A stretch of 64,000 nucleotides of DNA from Eledone cirrhosa (Eukaryota), in assembly GCA_964016885.1 (NCBI GenBank), contig CAXHJY010000730.1:31897-95896 (forward strand), in the 5' to 3' direction. Below are positions 28,878 to 41,544 of the stretch, in pieces; the stretch's first letter is position 1, and every line of letters begins with the position of its first letter. Below the pieces are notes generated by a model. It did not search any database. It was not told the DNA's origin and saw only the letters and a list, made by a program, of their open reading frames with translations. The position numbers and the translations under genes are program-made.

Positions 28878-29700
28878 CATCGTTTAACGTCTATCTTCCA
28901 CGCTAGCATGGGCTTAGACGGGAATTATCCCACTTGAGGCAAGATTGGTCGCATAGGACTATCTGGCAGGTTTTCTATGGCTGGATGCCCTTCCTAACAC
29001 CAACCACGTTTACAGTGTTAACTGGGAGGTTTTTACCGTGTTACTCACACGGCCACATTTCAGCATGGACTCTGTGTTTTTTGTCGCGACACCTACACGA
29101 CCTCATTTATTTAGGACTGGATGTTGTGGTACCAACTTTACAGAGGAAGGGTGGTGTTGATGGGAGTGGGAGGTGGGGTGGAGTAGGGGTAGTGGGATGG
29201 GGATGTATATTTGGTTAAGAGGTGCCTACTGACTGTATGTTAACTTTGTACATAGGCAAGGTGGGTCTTCTGTATTACTGTGTATCGCCAAACATCTCGG
29301 TCCAGTGACATTGTCTTGGAGAGGTGTAAGTGTGTGAGGTCGGAATTTATCAAGTCGTCCCAGGTTTTTCTGGGTCTGCCTACTCCGTAACTTCCGTCAA
29401 TTCTGATCACCCTGCACTTTTTTATACAGCTGTCGTCTTTCATGCGCATCACGTGACCATACCAATGTAGTCTTCTCTCAAGTAAACAGCATCTGATCCC
29501 TCTTATTCCTAATTTCTCACTTAGTTCATTAATGCTTTGCCGTTCACGTATATTACTATTATACATCCAACGGAGCATGCAAGCTTCGTTTCTCTCCAGT
29601 CTACGCAGGTCCTCTGCACACAATGCCCATGTCTCACTGCCATGTAACATTGCAGTGGGTTTACCTACTCCGTAACTTCCATCCACTTTGATTGCCCTAT
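28878..29700 (-). mobile_element. RTE LINE 3' fragment abutting the AP2M1 acceptor
   Basis: ORF 29240-29686 (MLHGSETW...WYGHV) plus 3' UTR. Confidence 0.85.
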
Positions 29701-29729
29701 AATTTCTATTTTTTTACTTCTATTTTCAG

Positions 29730-29864
29730 GTGCCGTTTGCGCCATCCGGGTTCAAAGTTCGCTACTTAAAAGTGTTTGAGTCAAAACTGAACTATAATGA
29801 CCACGATGTCATAAAGTGGGTACGTTACATAGGACGCAGTGGATTGTACGAAACCCGATGTTAA
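29730..29864 (+). CDS. AP2M1: AP-2 complex subunit mu, last coding exon (not in the ORF track)
   Basis: tattttcag|GTG; [44 protein letters not shown]; in phase 0 with the previous exon. Confidence 0.97.
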   Translation: MPFAPSGFKVRYLKVFESKLNYNDHDVIKWVRYIGRSGLYETRC

Positions 29865-30226
29865 ACAGCTCTTTGGGTGGTGGTGGGGTGACAAAGGGGA
29901 GGAGGATTACAGGGGGAGATAAGGAATAAATGACAGGAGGAGGAGGAAAGATAAAGACCTCTCCCAAAAGTTAATACAGAGTTTTCTCCCTTTTTTAATA
30001 GTAATAATAATAATATGCTTTTTCTTTTCTTCTTCTTCTTCTTCTTCTTCTTCCCATTCTTCTTCCTCCTGTGATAGTTCCTGGGGTGTCACAGTCCTCA
30101 GTTTCCCCTTTGTTCAAGTTTTTCTTCCTCTCATAATGATAATAGTAACAACAACAATAATAATAATAATCATTCACATCTTCGTTTGAAGTCACTTTAT
30201 GATCAACTGTTTTATTTTACTTACTT

Positions 30227-30263
<37 letters not shown>

Positions 30264-30266
<3 letters not shown>

Positions 30267-30685
30267 CAATAATATTAATAAATGGAAGCTATCTTTATAA
30301 AACCATATTTATTCTATTATATATATTTCAAGGGTATCAACAATTTTGGTACGTTCTCATCAGATAAAATGCAAAAGTTGGTTTACAGATAGTGACATAT
30401 TCAAAACTAGAACTTAGCGTTTTGGGTTCTGTTTGAATAGTGAAGAACTTTAAATCAGGATGGATATGTCACTATCTGTAAACCAACTTTTGTATTTTAT
30501 CTGATGAGAGCGTACCAAAATTGTTGATACCCTTGAAATATATATAATAAAATAAATATGGTTTTATAAAGATAGTTTCCATTTATTAATATTATTGATA
30601 TTATACTCCAGAAGAAACTGTAGAGTGCTTCTAATCTGTTATAAACTAAATTTGTTGAATAACCATCAAATTAAATAACTCATTG

Positions 30686-30690
<5 letters not shown>
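30264..30690. mobile_element. Foldback PLE-derived element (family C): 140-bp arms 30264-30403 and 30461-30600, extension to 30690
   Basis: Reverse-complement arms; flanked by (TG)n and (TA)n; HHR motif in each arm. Confidence 0.85.
30494..30553 (+). ncRNA. Type I minimal hammerhead (family C); mirror copy at 30311-30370 (-)
   Basis: attttat-CTGATGA-gagcgtacc...gataccctt-GAAA-tatata-TA-ataaaat; stem II partly degenerate. Confidence 0.7.
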
Positions 30691-30743
<53 letters not shown>

Positions 30744-30749
<6 letters not shown>

Positions 30750-31298
30750 TATTCAAAAAGAATGAACCAATTTCATTACGCAATATTTTAATAAGGAAAA
30801 GCAATAGAAAACTCCAGCTAAGTGGCAAGTATTCTACTGACAATCAACTTTTATTTCCTGTCTTACAAGTGTTCAATATGGCCACCACCTGCAGCACAGG
30901 CAACCTCAATACGATAAGAGGATTCCTCCCAGCATATCACGATCTACTGAGTTGATCGCTGTTCTTATTCCATGTTTTAAGGTGATCGAGGTTAGTGGGT
31001 AGCGGTGGATCATAAACAACATCTTTTACATATCCCCACAAAAATCACACATGGTGAGGTGTGGGGTTCAGGCAGGCCAAGCAGAAAGAGCAAGGTGTTA
31101 CTAAGGACTCGCCATTCTGAGGGTAAACAAACAACTGAACAACGTTGCTGGAGGAATGAGGTGACTACAGCACTCCATGTGACAGCCCTTCAAAACTTAG
31201 AAAACTCCTTTCAAATGGTCACTGACTCATTCCATGACGATGCTTGAGAACTGAAGCAATGTGTCATGAAATCGGTTCATTCTTTTTGAATAGCCCTG
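30744..31298 (-). mobile_element. Internally deleted Tc1/mariner DNA transposon
   Basis: ~32-bp TIRs (Y)aggg(y)tattcaaaaagaatgaacc(r)atttca, TA flanks; remnant LWGYVKDVVY on minus strand. Confidence 0.85.
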
Positions 31299-32071
31299 TA
31301 TATATACATTTACACACCACATACGTATTAGCATTCTTACTTATATATATATGTATATATATATATATATTTACACACCATATGTATTAGCATTCTTAAG
31401 TATATATATAAAACCACATACACATTAGCATTCTTAAGTAGAAATGTTTATATATATATATATATATTTAATATAGAAGGCACATGGCTTGTAATCGAAA
31501 GGTTGAGTTCAATTCTCAGACCGGGTGATGTGTTGTTTCCTTGAGCAAGACACTTTATTTCACATTGCTCCAGTTTACTCAGCTGTAGAAATGAGATGAT
31601 AGGGGCTGAAAAAGCAGAGAGTCGAGAAGGCAACCAAACAATTAGCAGTTGCCAGACCGGTTGGCTGCCTTTTTCAGCCCCATAAAATGTCTATTATATT
31701 CCTTTGTTAAATTTCGAATACCTGATGTCACTGGATTCATACTGAATCCAGTCATTGAAATGTTCATAGTATAATAAACCTTTAAGGAATTACACCAGTC
31801 CAGCCTCCTGTTATTTTATAATAATTAACTCCATACTCGCACCAGCAACAACACAAACGAAGACAGGTGAGTGCTCTCCCTAATATTACATCAATGTTGA
31901 CTATACGGAATGACCAGTTCTATCCAGTGCTGAACCAACAAACCTAAATGAATATATATATATATATATATATATATGTTTTTTCAGCCCCAAGGTTTGT
32001 GTCTATTATATTCCTTTGTTAAATTACACATTCCGCAAATAACCAGGACCTTGAATCCCAAGAATACACTA

Positions 32072-32113
<42 letters not shown>

Positions 32114-32116
<3 letters not shown>

Positions 32117-32542
32117 TCACTGTTTTACGTCCGTTCTTCCACGCTAGCATGGGTTTTACGAGTTGTCCTGTTGTGGGCAGTGTCCAGTCGGCTGACCATG
32201 TCTTGCTCATACAGGAACTGATTTTGACTTGATTTCTACAGCTGGATGCCCTTCCTAATACCAACCTCATTTACAGTAAGTGCTGGGTGCTTTTTTTTCC
32301 ATGGCGCCTACACGTCCACTTTACAGTGTGGGCTGGGTGCTTTTTTACCGTGGCACCTCCACGACTACTTTGCAGAGGAATGATATGAACCCCAATCCTA
32401 TCATCTCATTTCTACAGCTGAGTAAAGTGGAGCAATGTGAAATAAAGTGTCTTGCTCAAAGAAACAACACATCAGTCCGAGAATTGAACTCACAACCTTT
32501 CGATTGCAAGCCCAATGCTCTAACCACTAAGCCATGTGCCTC
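32114..32542 (-). mobile_element. tRNA-derived SINE with RTE-type tail (other copies ~31476-31610, 36522-36946, 43768-43890, 48195-48520)
   Basis: Head ggcacatggcttagtggttagagc...gagttcaattc; body ttgagcaagacacttt; tail shared with the RTE 3' UTR. Confidence 0.8.
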
Positions 32543-32819
32543 CATATATATATATATATATGTGTATATATATATATATATTCTCATTTGTTGTGCTCAT
32601 AGTTTTTGGCAGTAGTATAAATACTGGTTGGATGCCCTTCCTAACACCAGCACCACTTTACAGCATGGACTGGGTGCTTTTATTCGTGCCACCAGCACTA
32701 GAGGTTGTCTTATTGGACTCAGGGGCCCTATCCATTATGTGTATATATATATATATATATATATGTTAAATATTTCCGTGAAAAAGGTATAATACTGAGC
32801 TATTTAATTATATAACACA

Positions 32820-33665
32820 ATATAATTATTCCATTACCCAAGATTTCAGGAAGTCAGACGGTTCTAACAGAAAGGTCTGATCTGATGAACGACTTAAGAC
32901 GCCTCTGTTACAATCGTCTGACTTCGTGAAACCTTGCGTTTTCTTTAGAAATACGAAATTTCTATACATATTTGTATAAAGCTATGCCTGAAGCGAAATC
33001 TTATTTCTTTTCTAATATAAGTTGAGCCAACTTACGCAGCTTCATATGCAAATGAGATTAATCACCTCATTTACACAGACGAGGAAACTATATATTCTCG
33101 CCTGTCTTCTAGTCCAGCAGTCGCAAGCGGTGGGAGGGACCGTCCTGACGAAGGCCAGAAATGCATAGACGGTTGTCCCCCTTGCTTCCGCCAGAGGGTG
33201 TTTGCATAGCTACGGCTTCCTAAAACTGTGTTTCTTTAGAAATACGAAATTTCTATACATATATGAAGTGTTTCCATAGGAAAGGAAAAGAGAGTGCTCT
33301 ATGTAGGCTACAGAGCTTTTTAGTTATGTAATAAACAAGATAATTATTCCATTACCTAAGGTATCAGGAAGTCAGACGATTCTAGCAGAGGTGTCTGATC
33401 TGATGAACGACTACAGTTGCCTCTGTTAGAATCGTCGGACTTCGTGAAACCTTGGGTAATGCAATGTTTATTACATAATTAAATATATATATATTGTTAA
33501 GCTTTGGGAATCGTGCTAAACATTCAGAAACGAAATATATATGTGTTTCCGTAGTAAAGGAAAAGATTGCTCTATGTAGGCTACAGAGCTTTTTAGTTGT
33601 TATAAACAACATAAGATAATTATTCCATTTACCAAAGGTTTCACGAAGACAGACGTCTGACTTCA
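32820..33665. repeat. Cluster of rearranged PLE-pLTR-like hairpin units with partial HHR motifs (family F)
   Basis: Three related units (attattccattacc...gaagtcagacg); CTGATGA at 32882 and 33400; GAAACcttggGTA at 33446. Confidence 0.55.
33139..33173 (+). ncRNA. Ultra-compact hammerhead motif (family E)
   Basis: accgtc-CTGACGA-aggcca-GAAA-tgca-TA-gacggt; between 32-bp direct repeats at 32940 and 33231. Confidence 0.65.
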
Positions 33666-34047
33666 ATCGTCAGAATGAAATTTTATTTTATTTAAATCGG
33701 TATGTATTTTTGTATGTGTTTCTTCATTTGCTAGTTTATATTCATATACTCATACCTATAAATGTATGCATATGCACATACATGCACAAACATATACACA
33801 TATGCATAAAAAAAAAATCGATGAATATTGTAAACCCCTCCCTGCAATCCCTGGGCCCAGAGAACGAGGGCCCACCAAAAATTAATAATGCATGCAAATA
33901 AAATTACGTCAAGATGTGAATGACAATTCTGAAAAACCTGCAAAAAAAAAAATGCCTTTGTTCATTGTTTCATTTTTGATGAAATGTCATCCTTTTTTCT
34001 CTGTTAACCACTAAACCCTTTAGGATTTACATTACTCTATATATACT

Positions 34048-36520
34048 CACTGTCAGAACTAGACGAACTTGGAAACAGAAGGCAACCTGGAGAAGAAAGA
34101 TCTGGAAGCTGAAAGACCCCTCAGCCAGTAATAGATTTAAAGATATTCTACTCGACGCCTATGACAATAAAGAACAGATAGAGACATTCAATGTAGAAGA
34201 GCACTGGGAGTTTCTAAAAAATAACTTACTAAAGGAACGGGGGTAGCAGGGTACATTACATAGAGACTAGGAGGGAAGCTAGGCGACAGATATACTTAGC
34301 TAGAAGGAAAGTAGAAGATAGGAAATTCAAGCATGAGGACCAGAAACAGGTGTTCAAGATTGCAAGGCAGTGTGTCAGAGAGAATTGTGATGTCATTGGA
34401 GAGAAGTGTATCCGGAATGATAAAGGTGAGCTTGCTGAGAAGAAAGATGCGTGGAAGAGCCATTACGAAAGATTACTAAATGAGAATGCACGGGAAAAAG
34501 AGACCCTACCCGAAGCGGACCCTATAGCGGGGCCAGCATAGCAAATCGGCAGCAGCGTAGTAAGGCAATCAAATATATGAAGACGGGGAAGGCAACCGGT
34601 CCATCGGGTATAGCTGCCGAGATACTGAAGGCATCTGGGTCTGTAGGTCACACTATAACCACACGTATTGTTAACCAGGTAATACTAGAGAGTATCGTAC
34701 CAAAGGATTGGTGCAGCAGCATCATTGTCAACTGCTACAATGGTAAAGGTGATGCAGATAGACCAGGTCATGAAAGTAATGGAAAGAGTTATAGCACAGT
34801 TGATTAGGGACCTGGAAAAACTAGATGAGATGCAATTTGGGTTTGTACCAGGAAGAGGCACCACCGATGCCCTCTTCCTTGTGAGGCAGTTAGAGGAAAA
34901 GTACCTAGCTAAAAGTAAGCTGCTCTACCTGGCATTCGTCGATCTGGAAAAAGCCTTCGACAGAGTCCCCCATGCTATAATCTGGTGGGCTCTTAGTAAA
35001 TTAGGAGTAGATGAATAGCTTGAGAAAGCTATACAAGCCATGTTTAGGGGAGCAGTCAGCAAAGTTAGGGTTAGCAATGACTATTGTGAGGAATTTAGCA
35101 TGCAGGCCGGTGTCCACCAGAGCTATTTTTAGCCCTCTCCTGTTCATCATAGTCTTGCAGGCAATAACGGAGGAGTTTAAGACCGGATGCCCATGGGAAC
35201 ACTTGTATGCGGATGATCTTACACTTATAGCTGAATCTATGGTAGAACTAGAGAAGAAATTCCAAACATGGAAGCAGAGACTAGAAAGAAAGGGTCTCAA
35301 AGTCAACCTGACAAAGAGTAAGGTTCTTGTAAATAGACGAGAAAACAGAACCCAGATCCCCCCAAGGAAATGGCCTTGCTCAGTATGTAGGAAATCTATC
35401 CTCTGCCCCAAATGCAAACAATGGGTACACAAGAGATGTAGCGGGATCTCAGGAAGTTTAACTAAGAATGTAGGCTTCATATGTAGCAAACTCTGGGAGG
35501 GCTCTGTAGAAACAGTAGACAGCTTCTGCTACCTAGGTGACCAAATTAGCAGCGGAGGTGGGAGTTCTGAAAGTACAGTAACCAGAGTAAGAACGGGATG
35601 GAAGAAGTTCAGGGAGCTACTGCCATTGCTAGCTGCAAAGGCTTTTCCCTCAAAATGAAAGGGAGACTATGATGCGTGCATATGAACAGCAATGCTACAT
35701 GGTAGGGAGACCTGGGTGTTGTGTGTAGATGAGAAAGAAACGAAGCCTGCATGTTCCGATGGATGTGTAATACGTGAACAGCAAAGCATAAATGAATTGA
35801 GAGATACTGAGCATAAGAGGAATCAAATGCTGTGTGTAGGAGAGGAGGTTGCGTTGATATGGACATGTGATGCGTATGAAGGATGACAGCTGCATAAGGT
35901 GCAGAGCGCTAGAAGTCGATGGAAACCGCGGAGTGGGGAGATAAAAACCAACCTTACCCAATTACACCTCTCAAAGGCGATGATTCAGGACCGAGACCTC
36001 TTAGTGATACAGAAGATCCGACTTCCCACAAGAACAAGCCGAAGCTGAAGCATATAGACAATATGCCCCTCCCCTCCCCCCTTACCACTGCACCAGATAA
36101 AATAAACAGAGGAGTTTAAGATCGGCTGCCGAAGGAAACTTCTGTACGCAGATGATCTTACACTTATGGCTGAATCTATGGGGAACTAGAGAAGAAATTC
36201 TAAACATGGAAGCAGGGACTAGAAAGAAGGGGTCTCAGAGTCAACCCTGACAAAGAGTAAGGTCCTTGTAAGTAGACAGGAAAACAAATCCCGTGAGGGA
36301 AATGGCCTTGCTCGGTATGTAGGAAAGGTGTGGGCAGAAATTCCATCGTCTGCCTCAAATGCAAACTATGGGTACACAAGAGATGTGGGATCTCACGAAG
36401 TTTCGTTAAGAATATAGGCTTTACGTATAGCAGTTGCACTGGGACTGTAAGCAGCAAACAGTCACAAGAAACAAAAACTACCAAATTCTAGGAGGGCTCT
36501 GTAGAAACAATAGACAACTA
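34048..36520 (+). mobile_element. Degenerate RTE LINE plus a duplicated internal fragment
   Basis: ORF fragments 34350-35886 (HLYADD); second fragment 36100-36520. Confidence 0.9.
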
Positions 36521-37665
36521 TGAAGGCACATGGCTTAGTGATTAGAGCATTGGGCTTGCAATCGAAAGGTGAGTTCAATTCTCGGACTGATGTGTTGTTT
36601 CCTTGAGCAAGACACTTTATTTTACATTGCTCCAGTTTCCTCAGTTGTAGAAATGAGATGATAGGTCTGGGGTCCATATCATTCCACTGCAAAGTGGTCG
36701 TGGAGGTGCCACGGCAAAAAAGCACCTAGCCCACACTGTGAAGTGGACGTGTAGGCGCCACGGAAAAGGCACCCAGCACTCATTGTAAATGAGGTTGGTG
36801 TTAGGAAGGGCATCGAGCTGTAGAAATCAAGCCAGAATCAGTTCCCGTATGAGCAAGACATGGTCAGCCGACCGGACACTGCCCACAACAGGACAACCCG
36901 TCTAACCCATCCTAGCATGGAAGAACGGACGTAAAACGGTGATGATGGATATAGATAATTTAAAATTTTTTATACAAATGGATATAGTTAATTACTATTC
37001 TTCAATGACTTCTAATTTACTTATGTGTGTGTGTGTCGAGCGCTGTTATTTGGCGTTGTTGAAAAGAGCAGTGACCCTTGACCTGGCAATAAAAAACTGT
37101 AGACAAAATTCTTTCTGTACCCAAACCAATATATATATACATAGATAGATACACAGACACACATAGACACGCACACACACACACACACATACATACACAC
37201 ACACAAACTTGCGTGCGTGCGTGTCTATGTGTGTTTGTGTGTGTCTGTGTATCTATGTATATATATATATAAGGGATACAAATACTACTTTCTCACTGTC
37301 CCCAAGCATCATTCGTTGCTAAGTATTTTATTTTGCAAGGTACTATTTTCCCCCTGAGTTTGTGATTTCAGAGAAAGGTAAGAAATTCTTCATATTTTAC
37401 ATCTTTTGTATTTTGACTTTACAGTTTGAATTGTAGAATTGTTTATGCAATCAAAATATTACAACAGCTAACAGTGAAATATAGAATTTAAAACAAAAAT
37501 GCTTTTTCGACTGAAATCAAGTCTTTGAGAACATTCACGTCTATTTTTCAAAAATATATAATTTGAAATAGTTTGCTTTTGTTTTGGATTGAAACTTTTT
37601 TTGTATTTAATTCGTACGGGTATTTTTTAAAGATCATTCTAACATAACTTGATTAGACCCATTAC

Positions 37666-38145
37666 ATGCACTGCGGCATTCATATTTCTCAACTTATTAT
37701 AACTAAGTCTGTACAACAAGCTTCACTTATCAAAAATGTTCTAGGTTATGTGAATGAATTGCAGAAAATATATAGTACATCAGGAAAATTTAAGCACGCG
37801 TATTTATCACAACATGATGAAGAAAATGAAGTATCGTCTCCACGCTCCTTAACACCTGTGTGCCCTACTCGATGGCTAACACGACTTTCTGCAGTCAAAG
37901 CCCTTCTTGACAATTATTCAGATGTCCCTATTTCTTTACAAGAGGCAACAAATGAGTTTGGCACCAACATTGCATCCAGAGCTAATGTTATTCTTACGTG
38001 TCACTCTCCGGGCCAATGTGTCCTTGGATTGCACGTTGTAGTTCCATTACTTCAATTCCTTGAAGGATTGAACAAATATTTTAAAAGTACCACCTTCAAT
38101 CTAGGTAGCATGTTGCTTCTTTCAACTGTTCGACTCAATCGTTGA
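37666..38145 (+). pseudogene. hAT transposase fragment
   Basis: HC..H and LTPVCPTRWLTRLSAV motifs typical of hAT catalytic regions. Confidence 0.6.
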
Positions 38146-38194
38146 GTTTCTTCGAGGACGCAACACAGAACTGTATAAAAAACCCTCGATGTGA

Positions 38195-39446
38195 GGCAAG
38201 ACTATCTCGCCGACATCTTCGACAAATGCAATAGCCTCGTTATGGCTTTGCAGGGGGAGAAGATCACCTTCTTTAAAGAAAGGAATGCTGTGAAAATATT
38301 CCTGGCCAAATTGAAAGTCATCGAAAGGAATCTTTGTCGACGGGAATTTCCTAGTGTCGCCAATGTTTCAAACATTGTGAGCGATGACCAACTCCAAATG
38401 TATACCACGCACCTCCGTGCACTACAAGACAACACGAGATAACGGTTTGTCGACCTTTTGCAGATGGACATCCCAATGTGGATAGCAGATCCCTTCACAG
38501 CTAACTTCGACGACTTGGACGTTAAATTTCAGGAAGAATTAATTGAACTTCAGACAGACGACATTATCAAAATGAAATTTTCTAAAATAGGTGAACCCCT
38601 TTTTTGGATGCAAGAGGAAATTCAGCGTCGATTTCCACTGCTACATGCAGAAGCTAAGAGATTTGCTTTGCCTTTTCCTAGCTCATACTTAGTCGAGAGG
38701 GGGTTTGGTGCTGTTTCCAGACTGCACAGTAAGGCTCGCAACGCTACAATGTGATTGCGCGTGGAGATCTCCGGCTACAGCTCACGAAAATCCAGCCTGA
38801 CGTCAAAGAGTTAGCTAAACTCCATGAAGCTCAAGGGTCCCATTGATACGAGGTCAAAGTAAGTCGATTTCTTATTTGTAGTTGCAGTCTGACTGGACTG
38901 GAAACCATCTACCACAATTCACTTACTCATTTGTTGTATATGTTTTACCGTTTACTAATGAATATACCCTCTTACGTGGTCATGAAAACCCTCTTCCGTG
39001 GTCTCTAAGCTCACAAAGCAGAGGGGACATCAAGTTAGATATCAACATTTATTCTGTCGGTTTCATTAAAGGAAAAATTGGAAAGCTTTTAAATAATACA
39101 ATTGCCACTTTCTTCCAGATAAGAGCACTCTTTGGATAGACAGAGATGCTCTTGTATAAATGTTCAAAATAGCTGCTATCGTCTGGTGGGAATATAACAA
39201 ATTCAACTGGTCCTAATTCATAAAAAAGAACATTTATGTTCCTTTTTTTGAAATTTATATACTTCCTTTCAAGGAATGTATTTATACTTTCAACTGTCTG
39301 CAATGGTATCTTTGGAATATTGTTAATCAATTTTTTAGTAATCTACTGATATCAAAATCAGTAGTATATTGAAAAATGGAAAAATAGGGGGGGGGGGGGG
39401 GGGGCGTTTCGTGATTTTAAGGGACAAAATGGGTTGAGAACCTTTG
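38195..39446 (+). mobile_element. Buster/Charlie-type hAT remnant (C-terminal region and 3' end)
   Basis: YLADIF...LQG, QEELIELQTD, PFPSSYLVERGF; terminal ggttgagaacc followed by gtctacac. Confidence 0.7.
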
Positions 39447-39857
39447 GTCTACACCAACATATTTTTTCCAAAGATTTGATCTCAGTCGAAAAAGCTTTTT
39501 TTAAATTCTATATTTCACTGTTAGCTGTTGTAATATTTTGAGTGGATAGACAATTCTACAATTTAAACTGTAGAGACAAAATACAAAAGATGCAAAATAT
39601 GAAGAATTTCTTACCTTTTTCTTGAATCACAAACTCAAGGGGGAAAATAGTACCTTGCAAAATAAAGTGCCTCGATCACAAACTTAGTTGCAACGAATGA
39701 ATTGAGATGCTTAGTGACAGTGAGCAAACAATATCTGTATAGATACACATACTTGTGTGTGTGTGTCTGTGTGTGCCTTGTTTTTGGTACAGAAAGAATT
39801 TTGTCTCCAGTTTTATTGCCATATATATATATATATATATGGGCCACACCTCCTTCT

Positions 39858-39889
<32 letters not shown>

Positions 39890-41544
39890 AAGAGAGCGTA
39901 AGAATTGTGTGTGTGTTTGGTATACGTCTATCTATCTATCTCCAACAGGGGGCTCACACATGCGGCCCGCGAACTACTTATCTGTGGCCCGTGGTAGAAC
40001 CAATATGTCAGATTCCATTATAACTGGTGAAAATAAGGCGGTGAGCTGGTGGAATTGTTAGCACATCTGGTGAAATGTTAGCACATCTGGTGAAATGTTA
40101 GCACATCTGGCGAAATGTTAGCACATCTGGTGAAATGTAAGCACATCTAGCAAAATGCTTAACAGTACTTCTTCCGTTTTTACGTTCTGAGTTCAAATTC
40201 CGCCGATCTCAACTTTGCCTTTCATCCTTTTGGGATCAACGAATTAAGTACCAGTTGTGTACTAGGATCGATGTAATCGACTGAACCCTAAACCCTAAAT
40301 TTCATGCCTTGTGCTTATAGTAGAAATGATTATAACTGGTGAAAATCTTCATCCACCACCACGTTTGGCCCACTGTACCTCTCCTCCAGGACGTAATGGC
40401 CCTTTTGTGTCCTTGAGTTTGAGACCCCTCTTCCACACACACACATATATACTTTCCTTTTTATCTGTCTCTGGACTACGGCCATGCTGGAGCATCATCT
40501 TGGTAAGTTATGGGGACGTCAACAAACCAACAAGCATTGGTGGGAGGGCAAACACAAACGCAAAGACACACACAGACATATATAGATATATACAACGCGG
40601 TTCTTTTAGTTTCGGTCTATCAAATCCACTCACAGGGCTTTGGTCAGCCCGGGCAGTGGGACTGAACCTGGAAACGTGGTTGAGAAGCAAGCTTCGTGTC
40701 ACACTGCGCATATATATGTGTGTGTCTGTGTGTTATCAAGTTAACAATGAAAATAAAAAGAACAAAGTCAAGTTACTTTATAACTTTGTTTTTATTTTTA
40801 TTGTTAATTTAATACCTAATATCCGACTCTGTATCTAAAGAATTAATTCAGCGAAACACAGAACTTCTCTTTGGATTTTACAAGATTACATTGAGTCCTA
40901 TCTACGGTACAGACCCTACCACCAGAGGTAGACCAGACTGAAAAAAGAAAATATATATATGTGTGTGTGTATAATATATATATATATATAAATCTACATA
41001 CATACATTTACTATGTATATAGCTATGCATTTATACATTTGTATATATACATGCATTTATATTTAAGTGTGTAAGGATGTTGATATGATTTATGTTGTTT
41101 TTTTTGGTAAGGAGAAAATGTTTGTCTACAGATTTTATTACGTAGGGAGATTAAATACCACAGTTCTGGCTGAAAGCTGACCTAGTTCTTAACCTCATCA
41201 AACACCACCGCCGGCCTGTGTGTCTATGTATGTATGTATGTATGTACGTATGCATATGTATGTATATGTATACGCTTACACCTTTCACTTCCATTGCTTC
41301 TTTTTGTTATCATTTCTGTTGAAGTTGTTCTTGTAACTGTTGTAAAACTTGACGTTGTCCTTATTTTCATTTTCTTTTATTTTTTTTGTTTTCCTTTTAT
41401 TTCCCTAGGGAATTCGTAGACAAGCTTCTTTTATTTATTTTCTTTGTTTTCTTCATTCAAATGCATTCACACTGGCTGTCTAAGAGACATACAAATATGA
41501 CTTATAAAACTTACCTAAGTAGATAGCTTAGCTATCACTATACT

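Noticed and set aside
36522-36590. tRNA genes (also 43768, 48195)
   Set aside because: tRNA-like heads run into SINE bodies and lack a complete cloverleaf
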